Below, piece after piece: positions 25,061 through 39,920 of a DNA stretch of 64,000 nt (position 1 is its first letter; every line of letters starts with the position of its first letter). The stretch is from Lama glama (Eukaryota). The notes beneath the pieces were generated by a model. That model was not told the DNA's origin, searched no databases, and was given only the letters and a program-made list of their open reading frames with translations. Position numbers and translations under genes: made by a program. The stretch is from NCBI GenBank assembly GCA_028534125.1, contig CM052817.1, positions 60,018,001 through 60,082,000 of the forward strand. The letters run 5' to 3'.

Positions 25061-27699
25061 AAACAACTTTAAATTGTAGGGCTACTGATTCAATATAATA
25101 TAGAATATATTTTTCATTAACTTCTCCATCAGTCTATTATTGAATACGTATTATGTATGGACATAATACATGCTTGAGTTATATTTACATATATGACAAA
25201 TCCTGCCTTCAAAGAAATGCTGAGTATATAAGCAATTGTCATGGAAACATGTAGTTTTATAGCAGGATTATATATGTGACAATAGAGGCAGGGACTACTA
25301 TTGTTTTAGCCTAGAGGTGCTTAGGCTGCATTTTATTGTTAGTATTAAGTGAATGTAGTTCCCTTTGTGTTTATTCTAGCCATTATTACAGACTTAGATA
25401 TGACTACTCAGTTTTCAGCCTTTTAACTGAGATTTTGTTGTTAAGGTATTCTTCCTGCTAAGAACTAATATGACCATAGTGGTACTCCTTTTATATAAAA
25501 AAAGAGAAGAATCATATGACTTTTACATGTTTGCATGCTTGTCTCCCCACAAAACTATAAGCCTTTTTTATTTTGTTGTTGATATTGTTTTGTGTGATTA
25601 TGTGTTTGTTGTTGTGCATGTGCCCCAATTTTGTAGCTTCAAGGCCCAGTACAGTGCCTGGCATTCATGTACATCAAGGACTGATTTGTAACATATGCTG
25701 AGAAAATTAGTGATCAGTTGTACCTATGAGATTGGTTTTAAAACAAACAGTTTTACAAAGAAAGTCAGGATGTCCACTCTCTTATTTTACTTTCCCTTTG
25801 TCTCTCTCATGTGTGTGTGTATTTCTGTTAGATAGGTGAAGTATCTGATACTTATGAAGCAGATAAGGCAGAGAAAACACTGGTACTACCTCACAGCCTA
25901 TTCATTTTAGGTCAATTACAGTTTCTAATTTACATTCAAATGGGAAATCCTGCAAATCATCCCTTACCTTCTACTCTTTAGGCCATATTGACTTTCTGAC
26001 TGTATGGTGTAAATGATTGACTGGAGCTTAAATGTTCTTTCTGTCCTTGGTCTAAAACAATCTGATATGGAACAATCACTGCACAAGCTAACACAGGAGG
26101 GAATCTTGATTCAATAACCCATGCCCAAGAATTCAGAGCTAGTTGATGTGTGGGACACAGGTGGGGGAGATAGTCAGGGGACAAGACTAAAAGGAGACAA
26201 GGAGACATGTAGAATTGAAAAGGCAAATACCCAGTTTAGGAAGCACTTGGTTTCTGAAGGTGAGGACTCATGAAAATTGGTGTAAACTAGGTAGCCTACT
26301 AGCAAGGCTGCAAGGACTTGTAGAATCGGTTTATCATACAATCTCCTTGCTTCCTAAACACTTTCTAAGAGACCAAGCACAATTCAAAAGTACCCATCTA
26401 GTCAAGGTGTTGCAAATGACTTTAGCTATCACTAAATTAAACTGAGTAAGATCCTGCAGACTTTGGTCCTTGGTTTTTCCCTTTAAAAATGATGTGAGTT
26501 TTGGTGTAGCCTCTACTAGAATTAAGAATGCCAAAGTCTTAAAGCTGGTGGAATAAGAACAATGATCCTCCTGCAAACAGAATGTTCTACTCCCTTACAA
26601 GTTCTTCAGAGGAACAGAGATCTTGGAGCAGAAGAAAAGGTTCTCCAGGACTTTCTTACCTTCAGTTAGGCTAGGAAATAAAGACCAATTATAAGCTTAT
26701 GTATCCCAAAGAGAAGCTCCGTCCTGGCCTCAAAACTTCTGTTTCTGAGCCAGCCTTGGTGCAGTATTGTTTTTGTTTTGTCTTTTCAAACAAATATGAA
26801 AAAACTGACTGTTCCTTTGAAATTCACCCTTAAATATCCCTAGCAACCCATAGAAATGAAACATATTAGAAATGATAAATTATGTTAACTTTACCCTTAA
26901 AAATAAATTAAATGAACTTTAAAGTACTTGACTTTCTTAATTCAGATAATGTTTGAAAAGTTAAAAGTATATCATTTTATTTTCTCTACCTGATGAAATT
27001 TTTTAAAAAATTTGATATTCATGAATGTTAGAATCAAGAATATGAGTAAAAATGGGACATTTTATTTAGACTATCCTAGGTTTTTCCCTTTCATGTTTCT
27101 TAATACATTTATTTTAGCCATGAATTATTGCACATTAATGGTTCTATTTCATTTACACATTTAGAATGATAATGTTGAACATTTTAACATAGAATTAATC
27201 CAATTTAACAGTTATTCTATTTAATACTAATCTCATATTCATGTTTCTTAAAGTAGTGTATATTGTATAATAATAGGAAATTTTAAAAATTATAACCTCT
27301 TCCATCCACAGATTTATAATTTAGTTAGGAACTTTATGTAATTGACTTAACTACACTCTTTGAACTTAGAATTTATAGTACTTCCAACTGATATAAATGC
27401 TACTCAGACTCTCTTGATCCTCATTTTCAATTGTGTGAACATTTCCTGAAAAAGTGTATTGGGAAAAAATTCCTTTTCTTATTTGATATCATGAATCACC
27501 TTCCAGATTGATTCCAATGTCTGTTGATTAGCTCACTTGAGGAGACTTTTTTCTCAACCAAAAAGCAATGAAATTATATACATTTGAAACTTGAAATCAC
27601 TTGAAAAGAGAACAGTATTTATAAATCTTAGAATAAAAAAGAAATAGTTTGTAAAGAAAAGTGCTAGCATTGGACTAATTTCAAATGAAGGAAGATTCA

Positions 27700-28224
27700 T
27701 GTGTTAGACAAAATAATGACTCCCAAATATATCCACTTCCTAATCTCTAGAACCTACAAGTATATTACCTGAGATGGCAAGAATGATTTTAGACATGGAA
27801 TGTGAGGATATTAAAATGGGGAAATTATCCCAGTTTATCTGGGTGTGCCCGGTGTAATCACAGGGTCCTTATAAGTGAAAGTGGGAGGGAGGCAACAGAG
27901 GCAGAAAAAGAGATGGGATAATGGAAGCAGAGGTTGGAATACTTGTTTTGAAGGCGGAAAAGTCTATGAACCAAGGAATGTAAGGTGCCTTTCGAAGTTG
28001 TAAAAGTTAAGGAACAAATTGTGTCCTAAAAAGACAGAAAGGGAACAAATTCTGTCCTAAAAAGCCTGCAAAAGAAATGTAGCCCTCTGGACACCTTGAC
28101 TTCAGTGGCATAAGACCATTCTGGATTTCTGACCAGTAGAAGTATAACGAATAAATTTATGTTATTTTAAGACAGTCGATTTTTGAAGTTTGTTTCAGCA
28201 CAGCAGCAGTAGGAAACTAATGCA
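27700..28224 (+). mobile_element. MaLR MLT1 (B/C/D-like) solo LTR
   Basis: TG start, TAATCACAGGGTCCTTATAAG, AATAAATTT polyA region, end GCAGTAGGAAACTAATGCA; internal ~23-bp duplication GGAACAAATT.TGTCCTAAAAAG near 28011-28064. Confidence 0.85.
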
Positions 28225-28799
28225 TTTCTTTAAAATAAAAGGGGGGAGGGGTAGGAGTTGTTGAGCACTTATGTCTCAGCAATTGCCAAAAAGATACAGT
28301 CATGAATTCTCATCCATTTCTTTTCTTAATCTTTTGAATATCATTACCAAATATAATAATATGTCTCTCACTAGCATCAGACATGTACTTAGGCTTTACC
28401 CATTTAGGAGTACTGCTCCAAATTATTTACTTTTCTCTCTACGCTGGACAGCAATTCCAGGGGAGTGTAATTATGTTTAATTTATTATTATCCTGAACTT
28501 TGATCTAGCTTATAGATCCTAAAATTTTCAGCACTTTTTCATAACAAGCCAAATAGACCACTTTTTGAAAAAATAATATAATGACAAATATTGAATTATA
28601 TATGACAAATTTTATAAAAAGGAGAGATTTATGGACTGGAATGGTCAGGAAGAATTTCTAGAGAACATTGGCCTTAGCAAAACAAGATACATGTAAACAG
28701 AGTTATGGGGAGGGGAGGGGAAAAGAACATTTCAGGCAGACAAAACCTATTTCTGGTTGAGAAACTCACAGCTTGTATATAGAATATTTTCATAGTGGT

Positions 28800-31700
28800 G
28801 GGAGTGGGGGTTCAGAACAAGATGGCAAAGTAAGAGGATGTGCATCTCACCACTCCCCCCATAAACACATCAGAATACACTTACATGTGGACCAATTCTC
28901 ACTGAAAACTAACTGGAAACTAGCAGGAGAACTCCTGAACAACCAAGGCTATGAGAAAGATACACACAGATTTGGGTAAGAAAGGAAGAAGAGTGATCAG
29001 GTCTGGACTTAGAGGAAAAAGGAGATTACACATGGAGATCCTCCTGTGGAGTGAGTGGTTCCAGCCACAGATTGGGCATGCCAATCTTGGGGTCCTGCAT
29101 TCGGGAGACAAGCCCCTTTGTCTGATTGGGGGACTGCTTACAGAAAGGTTGTGGAAAGCTGCTTGTGAGGCAGGGGACAGAGGTCTGCTCTAGTGGCTGC
29201 TGCATGTCCTGCAACTGCTTCACCAAGCCCCAGCCCAAGCCGAGCAAATGTTCCTGCCCTGTACGTCACGGGTCGGCACTGAACCTAGGGTGGCCATGAC
29301 CAGGGTAAATAAATGGGACACAGAGGTATCCCTGGGACACCAGAGGACCCTGGTGACCTGGTCCTGCACTGGAGCCTGGGTGAGGTGGCAGCAGCTTCAT
29401 TGTTGGTGCTTACTCAAGCAGTGCCTCAGGAGCAGCTCAGGTCTCTGAAGGTGACTGCTGTACCACAGCTCACCCTTAATATATAGTGAGGGTGAGAGGC
29501 TGTGTGTGCCCCACCTGCCCTGTGTAGTGATTCCACAACAGGGCAGGAATAGTGGAGGCACGGGGCATTAAAAGACAAAAAATTTTGTAAAAGTATCTAA
29601 AACTACAGTAAGCAATTAAGGGATAAGTATGAAGATATAAATATGACATCAGATACAAAAAATGTGGATTGGAGGGGTTTAAAAAAAGTAGATCTTTTAG
29701 AATATGTGTGAAGTTAAATGACTGCCAGTTTAAATAATTATAGGTCAGTATACATGAACCCCATGGTAGCCACAAATCAAAAACTTGGTCATAGACACAC
29801 AAAACCTAGAAAGATAGCAACAGAATCATGCTACTATAGAAAATCATCAAACCACAAGGGAAGAAACAAAATGAAGAAGAAATGAATAGAGAAGAATTAC
29901 TAAAATGACAAAACAATTAATAAAGTGGCAATAATGACATACCTATAATAATGACTTTAATGCCATTGGACTGAATGCTCCAATCAAAAGACATGAAGTG
30001 ACTGATTGGATTAAAAAGAAAAAAAAGGCCCTTCCATTTGCTGCCTGCAGGAAACTTTCTACAAAGCTAAAGACACAAACAAAACATTAGATGGAAAATA
30101 TATTTCATGCAAACAAACAACAAGAAAGCAGACATAGCAATATTCCTATCAGACAAAATAGACTTTAAAACAAAGACTATTTTAAAAGTCAAAGAAAGGT
30201 AATGATAACGAGATCAATACAAGAAAAAGATACTACACTTGTTAACATATATGTATCTAATACTGGAGCATCTGAATATATAAAGCAAGTACTAATGGAC
30301 GTAATAGGAGAAATTGACAATAATATAATGATAGTAGGGGACTTTAACACCCCATTTACATCAATGGACAGATCATCCAGACAAAAAATTCAGTAAGGCA
30401 ATAGTGGTTTTAAATATCACAATAGACCAGTTGGACTTAATGGATATCTACAGGAGATTACATCCCCAAACAGCAGAATACACATTCTTTTCAAGTGCAC
30501 ATGGAACATTCCTCAGGATAGGTCTCATGCTCGGCCAAAGAAAAAGTCTTAACAAACTTAAGAGGATAGAAATTGTATCAATAGCTTTTTTTCTGATCAT
30601 AATGGTATGAAACTAGAAATCAGTTACACAAGAAAAAAATGTGAAAAAAACAAGCATGAGCTACTGAAAAACCAATGATTACATGAAGAAATCAAAGAGG
30701 AAATCAAAATACCCTGAGACAAATGAAAATGGAAACACAACACTAAAAAAAAAAAAAAAGAAAGAAAAAACTACATCAGAGTCAAGAAAGCAGTTCTGTG
30801 AGGGAAGTTTATATGATATAAGCTTCCTCAAGAAACAAAAAAAATGTTAAACAACCTAATATACTATCTAAAGAAATTAGAGAAAGAACCAGAAGGCCCA
30901 AAATCAGCAGAAGGAAGGAAATAAGAAAGATCAGAGTAGAAATAAATACAATAGAGATTAAGAATAGAAAAGATCAGTGAAACCAAGAACTGGTTTTTTA
31001 AAGATAAAATTGATAAACCTTTACCCAGGCTTACCAAGAAAAAAAGAGAGAGGACCCAAATAAAACAAATAAAAGAGGAGGAAAAACACAGAGACATGAA
31101 AGATCATGAGACTACTAGGAACAGTTATATGCCAACAAATTTGACAACCTAGAAGAATTGGATAAATTTCTAGAAACATGTAACCTACCAAGACTGAGTC
31201 AGGAAGAGACAGTTTGAACAGACTGATCACAGTAGTGAAATTGTAATTAAAAACAAAACAAACAAACAAAAAACTTGCAGTGACCTTATGTCCAGGACTG
31301 ATGGCTTCAAAAGGAATTCTGCCATACCTGTAAAGAAGAGCTAAAACCTATCCTTCTCAACTATTCCAGAATACTGAAGAGGCCAGATCACTCCCAGATT
31401 CATCCTACAAGGCCACCACTACCCTGATACCAAAACGAGACAAAAACCCTGCAAAGCAAGAAAATTACAGGCCAATATCTTTGATGAATATAGATGCAAA
31501 AATCCTCAACAAAATGTTAGTCAACCAAATGTAACAATATATAAAAAGGATCGTACACCAAGGACACATTGGATTTATCCCAGGGACGCAAAGCTGGTTC
31601 AATATTTGCAGATTAATCAATGTGATACACCATATTAACAAAAGGAAGGATAAAAATCACATGATCGTCTCAATAGACACAGAAAATCATGGGGAAAATT

Positions 31701-33060
31701 CAACATCTGTTTATGGTGAAAACTCACATTAAAGTTTGTATGGAGGGAGCACATCTCCACAGAATAAAGTCCATTTATGACAAGCACAGTCAATATCTTA
31801 TTTAAAAGTGAAAAGCTGAAGCCTTTCCTCTAAACTAAGGAACATGACAAAGATGCCTACTCTCGTCACTTTGATTTAACATAGTCTTGGAAGTCCTATC
31901 CACAGCAATCAGACAAGATGAAGTAATAATAAGTATCTGTATTTGAAGGGAAGAAGTAACGCTGTCACTATTTGCAGGTGACATGCTTTATATAGAAAAC
32001 CCTGAAGTCTCCACCCAGAAACTATTAGAACTAATAAATGAATTCAGCATCCTTGTAGGATATAAGATTAATATACAGAAACATGTTGATTTTCTATACA
32101 GTGATAATGAATTATTAGAAAGAGAAACTTAAAAAACTGTTTAAAGGTGCATCAAAAAGAATAAAATACCTAGAAATAACTAAGGAGATAAAAGACTTAT
32201 ACTCTGAAAGGGAGGGAAATTGAAAATGATAAAGAGAAATGGTAATATATCCTGCGCTTTTGGGTTGGAAGAATTAATATTGTTAAAATGGCCATGCCTA
32301 AGCCAAATCTATCTACAGATTTGAACTAAAACATATAATTCTAAAATTCATATGGAACCACAAAATACTCTGAATTGCCAAAGCGATCTTGAGAACAAAG
32401 GTGGAGGTATCACCTTCTCAGACTTCAGATTATAGTGCAAAGCTACAGTAGTCAAAACAGCATGGTTCTGGTTCTGTCACAAAAACAGATGCGTAGATCA
32501 GTGATACAAAATAGAAAGCCTAGGAGTGACCCCACTCCTCTATGACAAAGGAGGCCAAAATATACAATGGAAAAAAGGGTCTCTTCATGAAGTGGTGCTG
32601 GTTAAAGTGGACAGCTACTTGTAAAAGAATGAGATGAGAACATTTCCTCACATCATATACAAAAATAAACTGAATGGATTAAAGACCTAAATGTAAGATC
32701 TCAAATCATAAAAACTCCTAGAAGAGAACATAGGCAGAACACTTCGTGACATAAATCATAGCAATATTTTTTTGGATCTGTCTCCTAAGGCAATAGAAGT
32801 ATAAGCAAAAATAAAGAAACGGGACCTAGTTAAGCTTAAAAACCTTTGCACAGCAAAGGAAACCATCAACAGAACAAAAACAACGTATGAGTTGGGAGAA
32901 AATATTTGCACATGATACGACTGACAAGGGGTTAATATCCAAAATATATAAGCAGCTCATACAACTCAATATAAAAGTAACCTAATCAAAATGGGCAGAA
33001 GACTTGAATAGACATTTTTCCAAAGAAGACATAGAGATGGCTAACAGGCACATGAGAAAG
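28800..33060 (+). mobile_element. Older L1: 5' UTR fused to inter-ORF spacer (ORF1 absent), degenerate ORF2, 3' end missing
   Basis: CAAGATGGC at 28818; GC-rich until ~29566, then abrupt A-rich spacer; ORF2 start region (GGACTGAATGCTCCAATCAAAAGACAT) ~29925-29995; EN peptide IVGDFNTPFTSMDRSSRQKI; RT TTTGCAGGTGACATG ~31971; homology ends at ~33060. Confidence 0.92.
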
Positions 33061-34749
33061 TATATTTAGTTTTAATGTTTAATTTTGGAAAAAAGCTAGA
33101 AAAGCTGTTAATATTTTAAAATTTTAGTTTCAGTTGGTTAGTTGATAGGATTATTTTGTCTATGAATATCAGATCTTACTAATACCAGCTCTCTGATTTT
33201 ATTTTATAATTTAAGAGCACTTATTGCCAAACAACAAATGACGTTTGAAAGAAGAAACAGAGCATAGGGATCAGAAGGGGGGAAAGTGGCAAATGCCCTC
33301 TAGATATGCCTATCTAGTTATCTTCCTTCTGGCTACTTATGTTGTGTTGTTTAATATCTCTCTTATTGTGCCTTTCCAAGTAGTTTTCTATCCCCACTGG
33401 CCTTCTTGAGATACCCTAGAACATGACCTTTTCTTCTGTATAGTCCATATTATTTTTCTTAATTATTTAATTTAAATTGTTCTAAGAATTCCTCAAATTA
33501 TGTTGGAGTTTTAAAAATTTCCATGTTTAGCCTTTGGACAACTAAAATTCTGCACAATTGATTTGGAGGAGATACCTGCTGTTAATAATGTCTTTTAACA
33601 CATTTAAACATAAATGTGAGGGGTTTTCTGTTTTTTTAATCAGTGCTGTCATGTAGTCTAGAATCAAGTTTGAGAACTGTATGTATCTCTTGCTTTTAAT
33701 CTTTTTTCTTTTTTACTTGATCATCTTTGTGGACTTTTATTATTTCTTGATATCTATATTTGGGAAGAAGCACAATAAATAAATTGATGTTGAGCTCTCA
33801 AACTAGGCCCTTCTTGTGACTTCAGTAAAGGGTTTTGGTGGAAGAGCAATTATATGATTCTTAGAAAAATACATGAATTTCAGTTTACAATATTTGCTTT
33901 TTACCCCACACTAGGGTAAGGAAATGAATGAAGAATTTAATGATAGATGTAATAACATTTAAAAATGGAAAAAGATAAACTGTTGAGATAGGAGTTGTAG
34001 AAGAACAAAGAAGGAAAAATTGTTTTCTGACTAATTCCTCCCATATAACACTGTAGTATCACTTAGTCATCTTCTTGCTATTACATTCACCAGTATTGCA
34101 GAGTTATTAAGTATGTTGAAAGTGATGCTTTCAATATGAATGTTTGATTCCATTAAGCCTAAAAACTACCTTCTGGAATATTTTTAATCTGATTTTGAAA
34201 AGCAATCCATAACCTCTTGGAAGTAGTATATTACTACACTAATAGTCTTTTAAAAGTTGAAAAGACTTTAGAATAAAATATCAGATAGACCCTCTTCCAA
34301 CTCAGTTTCCATGGCATTTGCATAAGAGATTGTTCCCTTCTGGGGGGATTTTTTTCTGTTTTGGGTCATGTTTTAGCCAGTGCCCATTTGAAGGCAAAGT
34401 ACAGATACACAGTAAGACCAGCACCAGTAAAAAGAGGATACAGTTCAGTTGTAACTCAAGAAAAGAAAACATAACTGTACACCACAAGGACTGGAGATGA
34501 GCCATGATGCATTTTTCTTTTTCCTGTGGATCAACATGGATGCTAATCTCTGCTTCTTTGGGCAAATCAGTGTGGCCTTTTTCTCTTTAAGCACATCCCC
34601 TTGTCATCACCTTCTAATGATTTTGAATTTTCACAGTTTTGGCATTTCTTTATAGTGGCACTAATTAACGTCTTAATTCCAGGGCTCTTATCACTGACTG
34701 AAATCTCTAAAACTTTAAGTCAAAATTTTAGAACAAAAAGAAATTAGGC

Positions 34750-35800
34750 CTCTCATATATTTAACAACTCCGCATCTACGGAATCAAATTTATTTTCTTC
34801 CCTCCACTGTAAACTAGCTCTTTCTCTTGTGTTCCCAGTCTCAGATTGATGATCCCATAATTAATATCAGATACATCTTTACTGTGACCTTCTCTACTCC
34901 TAATTTACCAAATAATTTTGATTCTGCATTTATAACTCTCCTCTTACATGATCTACATATTTGTAGTCTTGTATATGATGTGAAAATGAGCCAGGATGTC
35001 TGAGTTCAAATTCAAAGTCTCTGTTATATTGAGTATGGGACAAATTCCATAACTTCTCTGTGTCTCAGTTCCTTTCACTATGAAATAGTGCAAACGATTA
35101 TACTTACAGGTTGTTGTGAGATTAGATGAGCTAACATTTGTAATGACACGTTTTATGTCAGTCAGTCACATTTTAAGTACTATATGAGATTTACATTGTT
35201 GTAGTAGTAATTATCATTCTATCTACAATTGCTGTGAACTTAGTCCTCCTCGACAACTGTAGTCCCTGTTAAGAACTATCTTTCTAAATCATGGGTTGAG
35301 TCATAATTTCCATACTAAGATATGTCTGTATCTCTTCCACACCTTCCTAGTCAAAGCCCACATTTAGCACATCATTCAAAGCCCTCCTCAGTCTATCCTA
35401 ATTTAGTTTCCCTGATTCATATTTTTATTATATCCTTTCATAATCACTTTGCTTTAGTCACATGAGTTTCAACATATGTACATCCATGCAAGCCTTTGCT
35501 TACACTGTCCACCTCCCTCAGTTCCAGCCTTAGATGCAGTTCAACTCTTGTCTGTCCATTCAATAACTTACAAACAAAAAATTTTGAAATCTTTTGCCCC
35601 CTTAGAATAAAATGATAATTTCCTTTGCTTTCCCACAGAATTTTCTAATTTTCTGAGCTACAGTGCTGAAATCCTGTTAGTAATTCCTGTTTATATGTTA
35701 CCATCCCCCACTGAAAGTCAAGAACATTGACATTTTTATATACCTATAATGCTTGTACAGAGGTATATGAATAGTAAATACTCATTTATAATGTTTATTA
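34750..35800 (+). mobile_element. L2 3' region interrupted by a MIR (~34975-35210)
   Basis: L2-like CATTCAAAGCCCTCCTCAGTCT and 3' end TAGTAAATACTCATTTATAATGTTTATT; MIR core AACTTCTCTGTGTCTCAGTTCC...GGTTGTTGTGAGATTAGATGAG. Confidence 0.6.
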
Positions 35801-36497
35801 GTATATGAAAGAATTATGATACAAGTTTGAGAGCAGAGCTTGTGTTTTGAGTTACTTTGCTGAATTTTATTTTAGCATCCTTGTAAGTGCAGGCTAAGGA
35901 CATTTATCTCAGAATTGATATCTTCAGTAACTTCATTAGTGGCAGTAATTTTTCTGCCATTTTAGCTGCCACTAACAAGCCCTTAAATTTTTTTATTAAT
36001 AGTCTGATCTTATTAAATGAGTAAAATGCTATACAAATAAGTCAGTATCAACTCTGGCTTGAAAACAGTATCGCTGTTTTGTGTGTACAGATAATATTTC
36101 ATTGGTGCTACTACAAGGTGCTAATAAATTAAAAATAATTATAAAATCATTTTAAATGTCATTTTTCTTAAATAATGAATTTATTTCTGATATAGAGAAT
36201 TGTCCAAAATAAATTTTGTTTAAAACATAACTCTCCAAAACTTTTAAAAGCTGGTCATTACTTATAGGGACTTTTTCCTTAATGCTAGCAGAAAGTTAGT
36301 ACAGTTTCTTTAGAGAGAATTTTAAAGTTTTTTGAAACCTTTTTCTCCTCTTAAATTAAAACTTTCATAATTTTTTATTATTATCACTCCATTTGTTGAA
36401 ACCCACTAAAACTTTGCGTTCTACATATTTCCCATTTCTTTCTACTTATTTTCAACTTTGAATTTCTTTTTTTTTTTTCAACCCTTCCTCTTTCTTC

Positions 36498-36942
36498 TAC
36501 AGGTGGAGAATGTCTTTTTTCTCTACTCTTCTAACTTGTCGCCTGGGACCTCTGTAACAAAAGACAGATTAACATGAGAGAAACATATAAATTTAGTTAG
36601 TATAAAATTTATGCAACATTGGAGCCACACAAAGAACAGAAAGAAATTGTTGAACCTGAGTGGCTTTTTTGCTAGACTTGATGAAGAGTGGAAAGTCATG
36701 GAAAGATATGATAAGACAAAGTAGTATCCTAGCAAGGCCTGTTTGTTCAGATTGCCCTTAGGAGATAACAGTGCTCCTTTCCCTCAAGTATGAGGAGAGA
36801 ACCTTTCATATGAGATTTTATGACCTGCTTCAGGAGGTCAGAAATTCTTTCCTGAACAAGCTGTTTCTCAAATTCCTTCAGTTTGAAATATTTAATATGT
36901 AAAGGTGTCATATTTTGCAGTATTGTGTCCTGAACCCCATCA
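36498..36942 (-). mobile_element. ERV1 (MER34/MER39-like) solo LTR
   Basis: Minus strand begins TGATGGGGTTCAGGACAC...CAAAATATGACACC; contains TAACAAAAGACAGATTAAC typical of this group. Confidence 0.7.
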
Positions 36943-39357
36943 TGCCCTACCTCTCCTCTCTATCCTTCTCCCTTTCCCCAGTCTGTATCCTACTGTCTTT
37001 TTCTTCTATACTTCTGTTCTATATTTTTCAGGAATTTCATTTTTTCTGATCCTATTCTCTTGATCATTATATATTTTAAAAAAATTTGCACAAGTTGCTG
37101 GAAAGGACAGCAGTGCTATTCCTTCAGTTCAGGAGTCAGCATTTTAGTTCTGGACAAATCTCTGTAGAGTAGAAAATTTGTTATATTTCGTTTTTAGAGT
37201 TGTCTGAACTATGAGTAATCTGACTCATTTTGTAGTATACCAACACCACAGACAGAAAGAGGGCTCATCTTTGTTTCTGAATGCAACTTTAAATACCCAA
37301 CCATCTGATGAACTCTCATCCTCACCAAAGCCTTTTTCAAAAAAAAATGTTCTATGCAATAGTAAGGTGAGCACCAGGAATTTATAAGAAAACAAGAAAA
37401 AGGAGAGTTAAGAACTAAGGTGTGCCACAAAGCAAGGGACCCTGTGCAGTGTGACCCTATTGTATCTTTTATTCTATTGGCTCTTATCTGTCATGATCAT
37501 TTTACCATAGACTAGTCCGGTATGTATTTAATACTCTATAAAAAAGAAAGTACAATCATTTCTCTGTTATTGTTATAGTATATCATATATAATTTTTTGC
37601 GTATCTGTTTTTCCTTAATTTTCATATATATGAGCAGTCATGTAGAATTCTGATTCATAGAAACTCTTCATTTCAGACAGTGATAGCTACGTAATAGATT
37701 CTATTAAATTTAGAGAGAGGTGGCACTAGTGCCATGTAAAAGTATGAGAGGAAGAAGTCTTTCTTTTTTGATGTGTAGTTTTATTTATGTTTATTTTTAT
37801 TGTTTTGAACTTTATATAAAATAATTGGGACAAGTAATATAACGTTATATAATATATTATATATGTTTCTTTATAAACATAGAAACATCTTATCACTTTA
37901 CTGTATATTCCAACTCACAAACTGAAGTAGAACACAACAAATCATTGTCCAAGTTGTGCAAAAGTGGGCTATACATTATTTTTCTTTTTTCCTGTAGTCC
38001 CATTTGATAATGAAACCTGTGTGATTCAAGGGCTACTTTTATCCCATCTGCTATTTTTTTTTTGCTAGTTCATTTTGTTATTGGGAATGAAAACTCTTTA
38101 AAGGAAAATCTTAGCAAAATTGGGTATGGACAGAGTGTCTGTAAATAGAACTTCTATTTTGACATTTGTCATAGATGTTTGTATCCAATTAAAACATAGG
38201 CATTCGAATTGCGGATTTTCACTTGACCACTTGATACTATGTGCCTAGTTCTTCTACACTCAGAGTGTCACTCATTTATTTTCTTCTCTTTTCTGTTACC
38301 TCACTCTTGGTTTTCCCCAGCCCAACCTAATGGAGAATTTGTCCTGGTATAAAAGATTGAAATGTGATTACTACTGATATTTTCAAATGCATGTTTATTC
38401 TGTGTATTTAGCATCTACATGAGAAAACAGGAGTAGGAAAGAAGTTGAAAAGGAGATAAATGTTTTTAAATTCTTCAGAGATCTAATACATGAAAAATCA
38501 TAGAATTCCATGATAAACTTGGTCCCAACATTTTAAACATTTCCCCCACTTCTTACCCACATTGTCTCTGTTCCAAATAATGTGGCCTGTTCAGTATTCT
38601 AGCAAGTACTTTGCACTTTTCCACTGTTTCATCTTTTAGTTCTTTTTCCGATGTTAAAAACCTGTATCACCTGATGCCCAAGGCAGATATTGCCATTCCA
38701 CAAAGTCTTCTCTGAATGCAATGCAAATGTTTGCTAAGTCATCATACTTTGTTTTATAATAATTCTTAAATTGTTATTTATCTCTCTGTAATGATGCCTT
38801 ACTTCCCTACTCATTAATGAGCTCTCTAAGATGTCTGGCATTCTGGCTGCGTACAGAGCTTTGTACCAAAAGGGACTGCCAATTATCATGTTGAGTAATT
38901 CACCATTTTGGGAGACGTTTATTTCAAAGTCATTGTTTGAGGTTTGCAGAATCAATGGAAATTTATACAATGAATTGGCAAATTCGAATGCTTAATCCAT
39001 TTGTGGCTTCCTCTGAAATGCAACAGTGAGGGATCAACATAGATTCAACACAGAAGAATGAGATAGAAACACAGAATGAGAGGAAACTAGTAGCATCTAG
39101 TGCCCCACACTGACAGTAGTGATGTATTAAATTATGATCACTGTCCTTGATAAAAGTTGTAGATTAGGAAAGACAAAGTTAGGTGATACTTATTTCTGAT
39201 TTCAAGCACATGTCTTAAAAATTACTTGCATTGAAAATATCTAAAAATAATTTGATTTTAGAGTAGTTTTTATTGAATTGATCGTAACTTGTAAATGCTA
39301 TTCAGTGCCTAATATGCTATTTTTTATTCCCTCTTCCTTGCCTCAGCTCATTACATG

Positions 39358-39375
39358 CACACACACACAGACACA

Positions 39376-39413
<38 letters not shown>
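39358..39413. repeat. (CA)n microsatellite, continuing at 39921-39950 beyond the LTR
   Basis: Direct reading. Confidence 0.95.
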
Positions 39414-39415
<2 letters not shown>

Positions 39416-39416
<1 letters not shown>

Positions 39417-39920
39417 GTTACTGAGTCCAAACTTCTGCTCGCCACATAATAGGCCAGTAAATCGGGAGATGAGGTATTGGGGCAAGGGATAATGGTTTTA
39501 TAAAGAAAATCGGCAAACTGAGAAGATGGCAGACTAATGTCCTGGAGAACCATCTTCCCCAAGTCAGAATTCAGGCTCCTTTTATACTAAAAAGGGAAGG
39601 AGTGTGCTTGTTCCAAACTTCCTGGTGTTGGAATCCATTGTTCTTGCAGCTGTCCACGTGCGTGAGGTCATGGTGTCCCTGTAAACCTCCAACAAAACCA
39701 ATATTGCTTTCTATTCTGCAATTTTTTGTCTTTATATATGAGTGCAAAAGTGTTAATACCCTAAAAGGGCAGAGCCTAGAGAATAGGCTATCTTGTATAT
39801 TTCAGGCTATAGGCAACGTTGTTTTACAAAAGGAGCAGAACCAGTCCAGAAAACAGAGCACGGGGTAAAGCCAAAGGAACAGATCTAAAATGGAGTCAGA
39901 TCTTTTTCTTTCTTATTACA
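39416..39920 (-). mobile_element. ERV1-class solo LTR, 505 bp
   Basis: Termini TGTTA...TTACA; 4-bp TSD CATA (39412-39415 / 39921-39924); TATA-like AGTATAAAAGG on minus. Confidence 0.88.
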
